Virus record (IMG/VR): IMGVR_UViG_3300033067_001366
Direction: 5' to 3' (one strand)
DNA length: 20,000 nucleotides
Source of the DNA: an uncultured virus (IMG/VR IMGVR_UViG_3300033067_001366)
Lineage: Duplodnaviria; Heunggongvirae; Uroviricota; Caudoviricetes
The notes under the pieces were generated by a model. The model was not told the DNA's origin. It saw nothing but the letters and a program-made list of their open reading frames with translations, and did not search any database. The position numbers were made by a program, and so were the translations under genes. This document shows positions 1 through 8,319 of the stretch, piece by piece; position 1 is the stretch's first letter; each line of letters starts with the position of its first letter.

Positions 1-2064
1 GACTATTCCGGTCCGGTCGAGTACGCTGCTAAATACTCGAAGGCCGCACTTCTGACGGCTGCACACATCCTGACTAATAACATTCTCGATCAGGTGGCAT
101 CATTTCCGCTTCACGAAGCGCAAAAGATGCTCGGCTTTATGCTGCCGGTGAAGGCGCTGCAAAAATGGGGCGTTGATGTCGAGCGTTCCTCGGTGGACTT
201 CCGTGACCTGGTTCCTGCGATCGCGCGCGAGTTTGGCGCAGTTCTGCGTGGGACGAAGGATGCGCTGCCGGACATTGTTCAGATGCTCCGGTATGGCACC
301 ACGGACCTGCTCCTGGACGAAGAGGTCGCGCGTCAGCAGGCCGACGATCTGGACGAAGAAGGAAGACCGCGAACGGGCGGCGCGGACCGCTATGAGTTGG
401 GCAAGCGCGCCAGGGGCGTGCCTGGTTTGGATCAGACGATCGCCGCGATCGGGCGCATGCACGGCGCGGCTGACGCGTTTGGCCGTCGCTGGGCACTGAC
501 GACGGCACTGACAGCACAGGCGAACGCCATCGCCAAGAAGGTCGGAAAAGAGCACGGCCTTTCCGCGAAGGAGATTAAAGACCTGGCTGTGGATCTGGCG
601 TCGGAGCCTTCGCCGCAGATGATGGTCCTGGCGGCCGACGAAGCGAACCGGTTTATTCTCGACTTTCCGACGTTTATTCATAACGCGATTCAGACGCTTC
701 GGAAGGTGGGATCCAGCGATCCCAAGCACAAGCTGGCCAACCTGGCGTTCAACCGCGCGCTGGACTTTGTCGTTAAGTTTGAAAAGATTCCGCTGGCTGC
801 GCAGATGCAGTCCCTGGTGCACTATTCGCCCGTCGGCTTGATTGGTCAGGCGTACAGTGTGCGCCAGGCTTCGCTGGCCAAGAAGGCGGGCAAGCCGATC
901 TCCAAGGCCGACTCAGCCGAAATTGCAGAGCGGTTGCGCCAGGCAATGCTGGGCACGCTGATGTGGGCTGGCGTCGGGGTTCTGGGCAGTCTGGGTTACT
1001 TGCAGTTTACCGGTGGCGGTGATGACCGGGACCGTGTTCGCAACGCCGAGGGCGCGCTTGGCGAGAATCCATTCGAGCCGGAGTTGGTGGTCGGGGACAC
1101 GGCTTTCGGTATCAATAAGCTGGGGGTGGTCGGTCGCGCAGGGTCACTGGCTGCGCGCGTGGCGACCGCAGCGCGTCGTCGCACGGATCCGCTGACAGGC
1201 GAACAGGAGCCTGCTTCAAAGGTCGCCACGAGAAGCGCGAAGGCTGTTGCCGAGGGGCTGATCAATGACAATCCGGTCGGCCGCGGCGTCGGCGAGATTA
1301 TCGGGCCAGCACTATCTGGGCAGTTCGGTGATTTCGGTCAGAAGTTTTTGCGCGGTCAGGTTCGGAGTTTCGTGCCTGGGATTTTGCGCGACCTGGCCAA
1401 GTTGCAGGATTCGACGGCACGCATTCCAGATGACACCAGTTTCAGCTCTCAGATCAACGCGGACTTCCGGTCGGGCAACCCTTGGACGCGCAGCAGCCTT
1501 GAGCCTCGCTTGGACGCAATGGGCCGACCGGTTAAGGAGGCGAATCCGTTCCTTCCTTATCGTTCAATCGAAGACGTTCCGCGTCGGCGAGAGCTTGAGG
1601 AGATGCGTCGGCTGGGAACAGGGCCGTCTGCGGAAAAAAGAGAGAAGGGAACTAGCGCCTCTGATTTCAATAAGCAGGTCAGCAGTCGCGCGGCCCAGAC
1701 GAAGGCCGCGCTGGATCGGATCGCGCCTGGTCAGGCTGTGCGCTCAGACGCCGCAAGGGCGCGCGTCTACGCGTCCGGGCTGACGAGCGCTGCAATGAAA
1801 CGCGCTGACAAGCTCTCCGACGGGTCGGTGCAGGCGAAGTACGATATCGAAGCTCTGCGCGCGGATGCGTATTCGGCGTTGCGAGAGCTGCCCGCTTATC
1901 AGGCTTTGAGCGATCGCCAGAAAGAGGCCGCTCGAAAACGCGTTGATGAACGCCTCAAGGGTAGCAAGGCGCGTGCGGCGAGTTCCCGTGCCGGTGAGAA
2001 AGCGGCGGCGCTGCCAGACGCCTCGGGTCGAGACCTGGCGCGCGAGGCGATTTCGTCCAGGTAG
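1..2064 (+). CDS. C-terminal part of a large phage protein, probably an internal virion/ejection protein (5'-truncated)
   Basis: Frame 1 is open from base 1 (DYSGPVEY...) to TAG at 2062-2064. The product is Ala/Arg-rich and helical, with a hydrophobic segment (AMLGTLMWAGVGVLGSLG) and a PRLDAMGRPV motif reminiscent of large phage virion proteins. Confidence 0.55.
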   Translation, partial: DYSGPVEYAAKYSKAALLTAAHILTNNILDQVASFPLHEAQKMLGFMLPVKALQKWGVDVERSSVDFRDLVPAIAREFGAVLRGTKDALPDIVQMLRYGTTDLLLDEEVARQQADDLDEEGRPRTGGADRYELGKRARGVPGLDQTIAAIGRMHGAADAFGRRWALTTALTAQANAIAKKVGKEHGLSAKEIKDLAVDLASEPSPQMMVLAADEANRFILDFPTFIHNAIQTLRKVGSSDPKHKLANLAFNRALDFVVKFEKIPLAAQMQSLVHYSPVGLIGQAYSVRQASLAKKAGKPISKADSAEIAERLRQAMLGTLMWAGVGVLGSLGYLQFTGGGDDRDRVRNAEGALGENPFEPELVVGDTAFGINKLGVVGRAGSLAARVATAARRRTDPLTGEQEPASKVATRSAKAVAEGLINDNPVGRGVGEIIGPALSGQFGDFGQKFLRGQVRSFVPGILRDLAKLQDSTARIPDDTSFSSQINADFRSGNPWTRSSLEPRLDAMGRPVKEANPFLPYRSIEDVPRRRELEEMRRLGTGPSAEKREKGTSASDFNKQVSSRAAQTKAALDRIAPGQAVRSDAARARVYASGLTSAAMKRADKLSDGSVQAKYDIEALRADAYSALRELPAYQALSDRQKEAARKRVDERLKGSKARAASSRAGEKAAALPDASGRDLAREAISSR

Positions 2065-2093
2065 AAAAAAGTAAAGGGCATCTTTCGATGCCC
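2065..2093 (-). terminator. Intrinsic terminator for the leftward operon (possibly bidirectional)
   Basis: Minus strand reads GGGCATC-GAAA-GATGCCC followed by TTTACTTTTTT; it lies between convergent genes. Confidence 0.75.
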
Positions 2094-2206
2094 AAATTCA
2101 GCAGCGTCCTCAGCCATTAGGGTATTTACCGCTGCCAGTTGAGTAAAGACTAGCATGGTTTCGGCTGGCCTGGCTAGCCCTGCTAGTGGAAATGTAAAGA
2201 TGTCGT

Positions 2207-2464
2207 TTACTTCTTTACATTGACCAGAAACTCCCAAGCCTGGCGCGTCCACCTCGCGTCGGATAGGGCATTGTGCTCATCTTTGCCGGCGGCTGGCAAC
2301 TGCGGATCGCCCACGTCGGATCGGTCATGCCACTCCGCAGGTAATATTTGATGCGACGGCCAAGCGTCTTTTGCGCGCCCAATTCGTTCTTCAAGACTGG
2401 CAAGTATCTTTTGCAGCGCACCAGCATGCTGCCGGATTGCTTCAATCTCGTTATCTAAGTCCAT
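2207..2464 (-). CDS. Hypothetical protein whose C-terminus resembles the end of Rv2179c-like DEDD 3'-5' exoribonucleases (remnant or fusion)
   Basis: Ends GDPQLPAAGKDEHNALSDARWTRQAWEFL (HxALxDA motif), but the N-terminal DxE motif is absent. GAGG SD upstream. Confidence 0.5.
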   Translation of the reverse strand: MDLDNEIEAIRQHAGALQKILASLEERIGRAKDAWPSHQILPAEWHDRSDVGDPQLPAAGKDEHNALSDARWTRQAWEFLVNVKK

Positions 2465-2500
2465 TTTCCTCTCTCCGTTTTCGACGTGGCGCAGGAATCG

Positions 2501-2995
2501 TTATGTAGGATTGACGTTTTGGTCGAACTCCTGGCAAGTGCATTGTGCGCAGTTGATCGGGTCGTGATCTGCCAGGCGGTGGCCACAATTACAGATCATC
2601 ACTGGAAGCCTCGGCGCGACCGGGATCAGGAAGCCATACTCCTCTTCGGTGAGCAGCCCGTCGCCCGACGGATGTGGGTCGTGAACGATCTTGCCTGCCC
2701 TCCCTACGACGCTATGACGGTAGCCGCGTGGGCCCTGGCCACTAATGACATGGTATCCCGCAAACTCGAAGATGTGCTCCGCGCGCATATCAGCCGGGAC
2801 GCCGACGTCGAGATAGAAGAGTCCATAATCTTTCAGCCACACGTTTGTTATGCCGCGCCAGTCATCTGAAAGGCAGAAGTGCGGCACCTCTTCAACTGGC
2901 AAATCTAGAATGCACGCGATCGCCGTCGAAAAGCAGTTCCCACGCGTCTGACCGTCAGTTCCATTGCCGAAAATTGTTTGATGCTGGATCTTCAT
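2501..2995 (-). CDS. Papain-like (C39-related) phage protein, putative cysteine peptidase
   Basis: Q..GNCFSTAIACILDL, HSVVG and HDPHP give the Cys-His-Asp arrangement; starts immediately after the stop of the upstream gene. Confidence 0.6.
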   Translation of the reverse strand: MKIQHQTIFGNGTDGQTRGNCFSTAIACILDLPVEEVPHFCLSDDWRGITNVWLKDYGLFYLDVGVPADMRAEHIFEFAGYHVISGQGPRGYRHSVVGRAGKIVHDPHPSGDGLLTEEEYGFLIPVAPRLPVMICNCGHRLADHDPINCAQCTCQEFDQNVNPT

Positions 2996-3259
2996 TTAGT
3001 ACTCCGTTGAGGCAAACGCCCGCGGAAACTGCTCGCCGGCCTTCACCATCTCTTCTAGCTTCTGGCGGAATGACTTCTGTGTGTCGCAGTAATGATCCTC
3101 CGCATAGATGAATTCGTTCATCTCCTCGTCGGTCAGCTCCGCTGGTTCTTCGATCGTGTCTTCATCCGGGTAATCTGCGACGCACTCTTCGAGGGTGGCA
3201 CCCGCCCACCAATCGCAATCATTCATCTTGAACACTTTGATTCCATTGATTCCCTGCAT
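2996..3259 (-). CDS. Acidic hypothetical phage protein
   Basis: 87-aa D/E-rich ORF with a purine-rich leader, abutting the next gene. Confidence 0.7.
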   Translation of the reverse strand: MQGINGIKVFKMNDCDWWAGATLEECVADYPDEDTIEEPAELTDEEMNEFIYAEDHYCDTQKSFRQKLEEMVKAGEQFPRAFASTEY

Positions 3260-3283
3260 ATTTCGCTCTCTTTTTTCATAAAC

Positions 3284-3411
3284 GAGCCGGAATTTGAATA
3301 ATTATTTTCTAAGTTCCGGCTTCATCCTGATTTTCGGGATTTTGATTTTTTACTTCAAAATTCCGGCTCCGGCGCGAGTTTGAGAAAATTGATTTTTATT
3401 TTCTAAATTCC
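3284..3411. repeat. AT-rich region with inverted and direct repeats
   Basis: GAGCCGGAATTT (3284-3295) is the perfect reverse complement of AAATTCCGGCTC (3358-3369), with a variant at 3311-3322. TATTTTCTAARTTCC occurs twice (about 3303 and 3397). Confidence 0.6.
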
Positions 3412-3721
3412 CAGGAATGGCCTTACTGCTCACCTCGCGGGTCACCAGGCTAATCTCAGACACCACCGTATGCCTGGTGATGTTCCCGGCCTCGCTACGG
3501 ACATAAACATCCATGCGTTCAATCTGGCCATCGCCGTGCGAGCATTGAAGCTCCAGATACCTCTCTGCGGCGGCTCGTGCACTGCTGGCACTGATTCTTC
3601 GATACCAGTCAATGGCATCAAGTTCCGCTTGGGCTAGCTCGTTGATCTCTCGGTGGTCAGAGTCGTCGAACCACTCCGCTCGGTTGATTGCGTGGAAAGT
3701 TAATGGTTTCTGATTAGACAT
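3350..3721 (-). CDS. Hypothetical protein
   Basis: Likely start is the ATG at 3721 (MSNQKPL...), overlapping the parB stop, with GGAG upstream. Confidence 0.6.
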   Translation of the reverse strand: MSNQKPLTFHAINRAEWFDDSDHREINELAQAELDAIDWYRRISASSARAAAERYLELQCSHGDGQIERMDVYVRSEAGNITRHTVVSEISLVTREVSSKAIPGNLENKNQFSQTRAGAGILK

Positions 3722-5420
3722 GTGTGCGCTTCTCCTTTTCCCCGAGCTTCTTCGCAGGCTTTTTCCCCGGTGCATTCTTTGGCTTGGCTTTGTCTTTCAG
3801 TGCCTGGAGGTGGGCTGCGCGCAGCGCCTTCAAGTCAATGTTGAAGACCTCGAACGCCGCATCCATCGCCTTCTTCTTTGTGCCCCCAAGATCGTAATGG
3901 CCCAGTCGTATCAAGCTGATAATCAGACAGCCGACATAAGCTTCCTCTTCAGTAGCTTCGGCCAACCACTTGTTCGTCGCGTCAGACATGCCGCCCTGGA
4001 ATTGGCCTTTCGGAACCTCGATCTCCATCGCCTTCGTGAAGACCTTCAGATCGTCGTCCCAAACCTGACCAAGGTATCCGACGGCGAGCGAGCGCCAGAT
4101 GGTGCGCTGCGCCGGCGTCGCGAATTTCGGTACAGTGCTTTGGGCCGAAATTCTGGCGACTTGCAGTGCTTCGAGAAAGCCGAGCCGGTCGGCCTTCTGT
4201 TGCATCTCTCGTTTTTTCTCGGAATCGCTTTTCTGATTGTGCGATCCGTCGACAAGCGTAGTCAGACTGCCGGCGTCACTCTTAATGCCCAATTTCTTGA
4301 GTGCCTCACTTACCTGGGCTTTGGGATAGAGATTGCGAACCGCACCAGTGGGGTCCACGACGACGACTGGCTCCACTTCCTTGCCGACGAGTTTTAGATA
4401 GCTGGTGCCCTTGCTGGCTGGTTTACTTCGATCAAGGAGCTTGTCTTTAACGTCCACGTATTGAGAGCCATGAGCGATCGTGCCGTGGCCGTAGGGGAAG
4501 ATGGCCTTGGCTTCCCTGTCGCTCAGCACTTTCAGGTTTTTGGCCCGAGCTTCTTCAATTGTTCGCTTCCGAAAGGCATCTTTTTTGGTGGCGAAACATT
4601 TTGTGTTTAGGCAGAGATTCTTCTCTTTCATCTCTTCGAAGAGTTCCTGCTGATTGCCGGACCGGTGTGGGCATTTGCCGCAGGCACCAGCTTCTGGCAC
4701 CAACATCACGTCCTCGGTCGGGAATGGCGCGCGCGACAGTTCAGTCATAAAACTGCGCTGAATCAGTGCAAGGGTTTCGGACGGGCCGAAAGGCTTGTGA
4801 TCTGTGCTCCAGCTACCCTTGAGCACGGCTTCCGTCGCTTCGCCTCTGAGTTTCTCGTCCGGAATGCGGCTGAGATGAACAGCCGAGCCGAGTGGTAGAG
4901 TCCCGGCTTCGATTGCGTCGAGGGCTTTCTTCGGAAGATCCAGCAGCCGAATGCGCTGGCCGACTGTCCTGGCCGATAGCCCTATCTTGGCGGCCGCATC
5001 CTCGGTGGAGTAATTGAACCGTTCAATTAAAGTTTTAATACCTCTTCCCTCTTCGACTGGAGTTAAGTTGGCGCGCTGCGCGTTCTCAATGATCGCGATC
5101 TCTGCTGCCTCCTGGTCACTGAGAGCGCGGATAATCGCGGGGACAGCTTCGAGGCCTGCCATCTTTGAAGCGCGCCAGCGGCGTTCGCCCGCGACGATTT
5201 CAAATATTTGTCTTGTAGTTGCACTGTCCAGACCTGCGAATGCTTTGACGATTGAGTTCTCTTCGGCGGATTGAAATGGCCTGACAAGGATCGGCTCCAA
5301 CACGCCCTTCTGCCGGATGGAGTTGGCCAGTTCGGCGAGCTTTACGTCGTCGAAGTAAACTCGCGGGTTGTAGGCGGAAGCCTGAATGAGGCTGATATTG
5401 ATTTCTCGAGATTGTTCCAC
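3714..5420 (-). CDS. parB: ParB/RepB/Spo0J family protein (PRTRC-ParB-like architecture)
   Basis: NPR..F..LAELANSIRQKGVLEPILVRP, IVAGERRWRA (CTP-binding box), ENAQRANL, an HTH, and a Cys-rich AGACGKCPHRSG...CLNTKCF region. AGGAG SD. Confidence 0.9.
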   Translation of the reverse strand: MEQSREINISLIQASAYNPRVYFDDVKLAELANSIRQKGVLEPILVRPFQSAEENSIVKAFAGLDSATTRQIFEIVAGERRWRASKMAGLEAVPAIIRALSDQEAAEIAIIENAQRANLTPVEEGRGIKTLIERFNYSTEDAAAKIGLSARTVGQRIRLLDLPKKALDAIEAGTLPLGSAVHLSRIPDEKLRGEATEAVLKGSWSTDHKPFGPSETLALIQRSFMTELSRAPFPTEDVMLVPEAGACGKCPHRSGNQQELFEEMKEKNLCLNTKCFATKKDAFRKRTIEEARAKNLKVLSDREAKAIFPYGHGTIAHGSQYVDVKDKLLDRSKPASKGTSYLKLVGKEVEPVVVVDPTGAVRNLYPKAQVSEALKKLGIKSDAGSLTTLVDGSHNQKSDSEKKREMQQKADRLGFLEALQVARISAQSTVPKFATPAQRTIWRSLAVGYLGQVWDDDLKVFTKAMEIEVPKGQFQGGMSDATNKWLAEATEEEAYVGCLIISLIRLGHYDLGGTKKKAMDAAFEVFNIDLKALRAAHLQALKDKAKPKNAPGKKPAKKLGEKEKRTHV

Positions 5421-5453
5421 TTGTACTCTCCTTTTTGAGTCTGAGTTGTTAAC

Positions 5454-5963
5454 TTACGCTTCGCTTGATTCCAGGACGGGCGACCTCCCTGGCTTTTTGG
5501 CGAGGCTGAATTGTTCTCGAACGGCATCCAGCGTCTCCTGGCACATATCCCAGAGATACAATCCTCCTGGGCTTGGCACGGGCTCCGGCAGTTCAACGTA
5601 TTCATCGAACAGCCAGGCAGAGGGTCCTGTAAACCATTTCTGCTGATCTTCTGGCAGGGACTGGCTCAATGTGATGAATGCGGGCTGGCCCACTTCGGGA
5701 GCAGGTACGACGATTTTGCCGCCCCAGCGCACGACGGCGAAGATTTGACAGTTTGGATGCTGGATCTCTGGGGGCACCTTGACGCCGAGCGTTGCGGCAA
5801 TGAAGTCCCGGTCCTTGGTAGCCCAGAACGGCCCCGCGTGAAGTGCGAAATACGCACCAACTAGTTCTCTGCTTGGTCGCCAGGATCGGTTTTCGATCCG
5901 CAAGCCGTGCTTGTATGCGAATGGCCAGGGCCTGGCCAGGGTTAATCCTCGAATGATTGCCAT
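5454..5963 (-). CDS. ASCH/PUA-like domain protein
   Basis: GLTLARPWPF...IENRSW...FALHAG, and W.F....LPEPVP.PG.L.LW at the C-terminus. GAGGAGG SD. Confidence 0.75.
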   Translation of the reverse strand: MAIIRGLTLARPWPFAYKHGLRIENRSWRPSRELVGAYFALHAGPFWATKDRDFIAATLGVKVPPEIQHPNCQIFAVVRWGGKIVVPAPEVGQPAFITLSQSLPEDQQKWFTGPSAWLFDEYVELPEPVPSPGGLYLWDMCQETLDAVREQFSLAKKPGRSPVLESSEA

Positions 5964-5964
5964 G

Positions 5965-6564
5965 CTATTGCCTCCTCGTTATGCCCAGAACCATCTGCTC
6001 CAGTGGAGTCAGGTCCCAGACGGCGACGACCGCACAGAGCGGCCATTTGATCGGGCGCAGGAGTGCTGGGTCTTTCGGCGCGGCTGTCGCAAATTTTTCC
6101 CACTTCGCTTCGGACAGGATGATGTACCCATCAAGTCGGCCTCTCGGCCTGAGCGCTGGTGGAATATTTGGAACGATGGACACCCAATCAGACTGGTGTC
6201 TATTTGTGTGCGTAAGGGTTCGGTGCGGTAGGTGGATCATATGGCGCGTTCCGCGCTCCCAGGTTTGCTTTCTGGGGTCACGAAACATTCCCATGCCTTC
6301 ACTCCCGAAAGACCAGATAACATGGGGCCAGCCGGCGCGGGCCAAGAAGAGGTTCGGCCGCTGGAGGTCGTCGCTTCCTCCGGCAGTGATCATCTCAAAA
6401 GCATTGACGACGGCGCGTCCGCGGGCGATCTGCTGGTACATCTCCAGCATCATCGTGTCCTCTTCGGTCGAGTAGGACTTCCCTCTTTTGAGCACTTCTC
6501 TGTAATGCTTAACGGCCTCGGCGGCTTGCGAGATTTCCGTTTCAGATGGATTAGCGATGTTCAT
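5965..6564 (-). CDS. Hypothetical phage protein
   Basis: 199 aa, AAGGAG SD, tightly packed with neighbours. Confidence 0.75.
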   Translation of the reverse strand: MNIANPSETEISQAAEAVKHYREVLKRGKSYSTEEDTMMLEMYQQIARGRAVVNAFEMITAGGSDDLQRPNLFLARAGWPHVIWSFGSEGMGMFRDPRKQTWERGTRHMIHLPHRTLTHTNRHQSDWVSIVPNIPPALRPRGRLDGYIILSEAKWEKFATAAPKDPALLRPIKWPLCAVVAVWDLTPLEQMVLGITRRQ

Positions 6565-6862
6565 GAGTCTCCTTTGCGACGGCCTCAGCGACGACTGTCG
6601 CCCAGCCGTCCGGGTCGGTTCTTCGATTCAGATATGCTCTCAGGAGGCCGTCGTCATAAAACACCAGGGCTTCGCAGGACTGATGATGATCGAAGTAGAA
6701 GACCGGTCCGGACGCGTAGATCAGCGGTGACCTGGTCAATTCCGCAATCATTGCGCCGTATAAGTCCGACCGGATGACGACGCCGACGGCGGTCCGTTCC
6801 GAGCCGGACTTCCGGTATTGATTGACGACCTGCTCCCAAATATCTGCAGTTAAATCAGCCAT
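6551..6862 (-). CDS. Hypothetical protein
   Basis: Likely start at 6862 (MADLTADIW...) through a TAATG overlap with the upstream gene; GAGGG SD. Confidence 0.65.
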   Translation of the reverse strand: MADLTADIWEQVVNQYRKSGSERTAVGVVIRSDLYGAMIAELTRSPLIYASGPVFYFDHHQSCEALVFYDDGLLRAYLNRRTDPDGWATVVAEAVAKETHEHR

Positions 6863-7029
6863 TAATTCCCTCTTTGGAACGATCCAGTGCAGTGTTCGCA
6901 TGTTGTAATTTTCGGTGGATTTCGGCACAACCGGCGGACAGAGTGATTGCAGGTCAGCCTGAGCAGCCAGGTCACTTTGACGTGCCCGAATCCGCCAACG
7001 ACCGTGCTCGACAGGACGGTTCGCTTCAT
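6862..7029 (-). CDS. Small putative zinc-ribbon protein
   Basis: 55 aa (MKRTVL...) with TCNH and CEHC; GGAGG SD; overlaps start/stop codons of both neighbours. Confidence 0.6.
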   Translation of the reverse strand: MKRTVLSSTVVGGFGHVKVTWLLRLTCNHSVRRLCRNPPKITTCEHCTGSFQRGN

Positions 7030-7361
7030 ACGACCGCCTCCTCCAGGGGCGCGCAAATCGCGCGCTCCTGGAGGGTGGCGGCGCCCAGACGTGGCCGCTT
7101 GGCCATTTGTTGTGTGACGCGTGTCAGTTCGTCGATCACGGTGGCAATTTGCTCCCGAATTCGGACCATCTGTTTGTCGTCCTTGAATGCTGCTCCCTCG
7201 GCCTCGATCTGGGCGTTCTTCGCCGCGTGGAGCGCAGTGCTAATTCCCAGCCCCGAGACGCGTGGCGGCAGATTGTGCTCTGCCTCGCTTGGTTCGGTCG
7301 GCGAGGCAGTCTTCGATGTGGCCTTCGACGTAATCCTTGAGTTGCTGTTTTGCATCTTCAT
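7026..7361 (-). CDS. Possible hypothetical protein (start uncertain)
   Basis: Stop forms an ATGA overlap with the next gene. The 5' 120 nt overlap the upstream ORF, so the true start may be internal. Confidence 0.4.
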   Translation of the reverse strand: MKMQNSNSRITSKATSKTASPTEPSEAEHNLPPRVSGLGISTALHAAKNAQIEAEGAAFKDDKQMVRIREQIATVIDELTRVTQQMAKRPRLGAATLQERAICAPLEEAVV

Positions 7362-8319
7362 TGGTTTGCTCCCTTAAGAATTTAAAGTTTGCTCTGCTCA
7401 CCCGCGGATAGGGCTGGGTGATCTGTTTTGTTCGCTCCCTCCACTTCTGTTTGACAATGAATCCGTGGCCGTTTGCGGCCACGTCCCACCATCCCACAGA
7501 CAGCGCCGGGAGTAGTGATTTCAGTAATTCTTCGTGCTCTTTGCGAGACTTCGCGGTTTCAATATCAAAACCGCTATCCTGCAACGTTTTCAACGAGATA
7601 CCCTGCTCCCTAGTGAGCACTTTTTCGGGCGCTTTTTCCTGCTCCCTAGGGAGCAAGGTTTCGTTGGGTTTCAACTGCTCCCTAGGGAGCAGTTCTTCGG
7701 TTGTTTTTGCCTGCTCCCTAGGGAGCGGCTTGGGTGCGACAAAGGCTTCGGTCTGGGTGGATCGGACGCTTGCTTCCAGGTCCTGGTCCGTCAGTTTGGG
7801 AGCACGGCGTTCAGGATCGCGATGATTCCGGCGGTCAGTGCTCCCGCTGTCACGATCAGTCCAAGAATCGCGAGCAGGATTGTCCAGGCGATCAAGCGGG
7901 GCGTCGTCCGGATCGTCCTGGTCGAACTGATTGTCCTCGGCGGGGAGTTCGTCTTCGATCTCAGAATCGAAGTCCAATTCATCGTCATAGGGGGACTCCT
8001 GAAAGGGGGCGCGGTGCTCCCTTTGGTTGGATTGTCTGTCGAGTAGGGCGAGGTCTACTCCCTGCCCTGCCAATTCCTCGTCGTACACCCAGCGTTCTTT
8101 CCGATACGGAAGGCCGTTGGTCTGGCGGCCTTTTTCGGCGAGCAGCATTCGACCTGGACGATCGGCGAGTGCTGTCGTCCGGGCGTAATGAAGCGCCTCC
8201 TCTTCGTCAGTCGCATCCGTCGGGAGCGGGCGGAAGAGTTCAGCTCGCTCCTCCATGATCGCGTCCCAATCGAGAGGAATAATGTCGTCCGTTTCATGTT
8301 CCGCAGAAGATTCGGACAC
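7240..8319 (-). CDS. Hypothetical protein with an acidic disordered region and four L(P/T)REQ repeats
   Basis: 359-aa ORF whose GTG start overlaps the upstream TAG stop. Confidence 0.7.
   Translation of the reverse strand: MSESSAEHETDDIIPLDWDAIMEERAELFRPLPTDATDEEEALHYARTTALADRPGRMLLAEKGRQTNGLPYRKERWVYDEELAGQGVDLALLDRQSNQREHRAPFQESPYDDELDFDSEIEDELPAEDNQFDQDDPDDAPLDRLDNPARDSWTDRDSGSTDRRNHRDPERRAPKLTDQDLEASVRSTQTEAFVAPKPLPREQAKTTEELLPREQLKPNETLLPREQEKAPEKVLTREQGISLKTLQDSGFDIETAKSRKEHEELLKSLLPALSVGWWDVAANGHGFIVKQKWRERTKQITQPYPRVSRANFKFLREQTNEDAKQQLKDYVEGHIEDCLADRTKRGRAQSAATRLGAGN
7604..7727. repeat. Array of four 16-bp palindromes TGCTCCCTAGGGAGCA, period 36 bp
   Basis: Copies start at 7604 (1 mismatch), 7640, 7676 and 7712 (1 mismatch). 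The third extends to a perfect 22-bp palindrome at 7673-7694. Confidence 0.95.

Noticed and set aside
3714..5420. Complete ParABS or PRTRC system
   Set aside because: No Walker-A ParA and no ThiF/E2/JAB genes in the window.
7604..7727. Mini-CRISPR or TIGR array (palindromic repeat, 36-nt period)
   Set aside because: The intervening segments resemble each other (shared TTCG and TTT positions) and keep the reading frame. There is one conserved block per unit rather than TIGR's two, and no cas or Nop-domain gene in the window.
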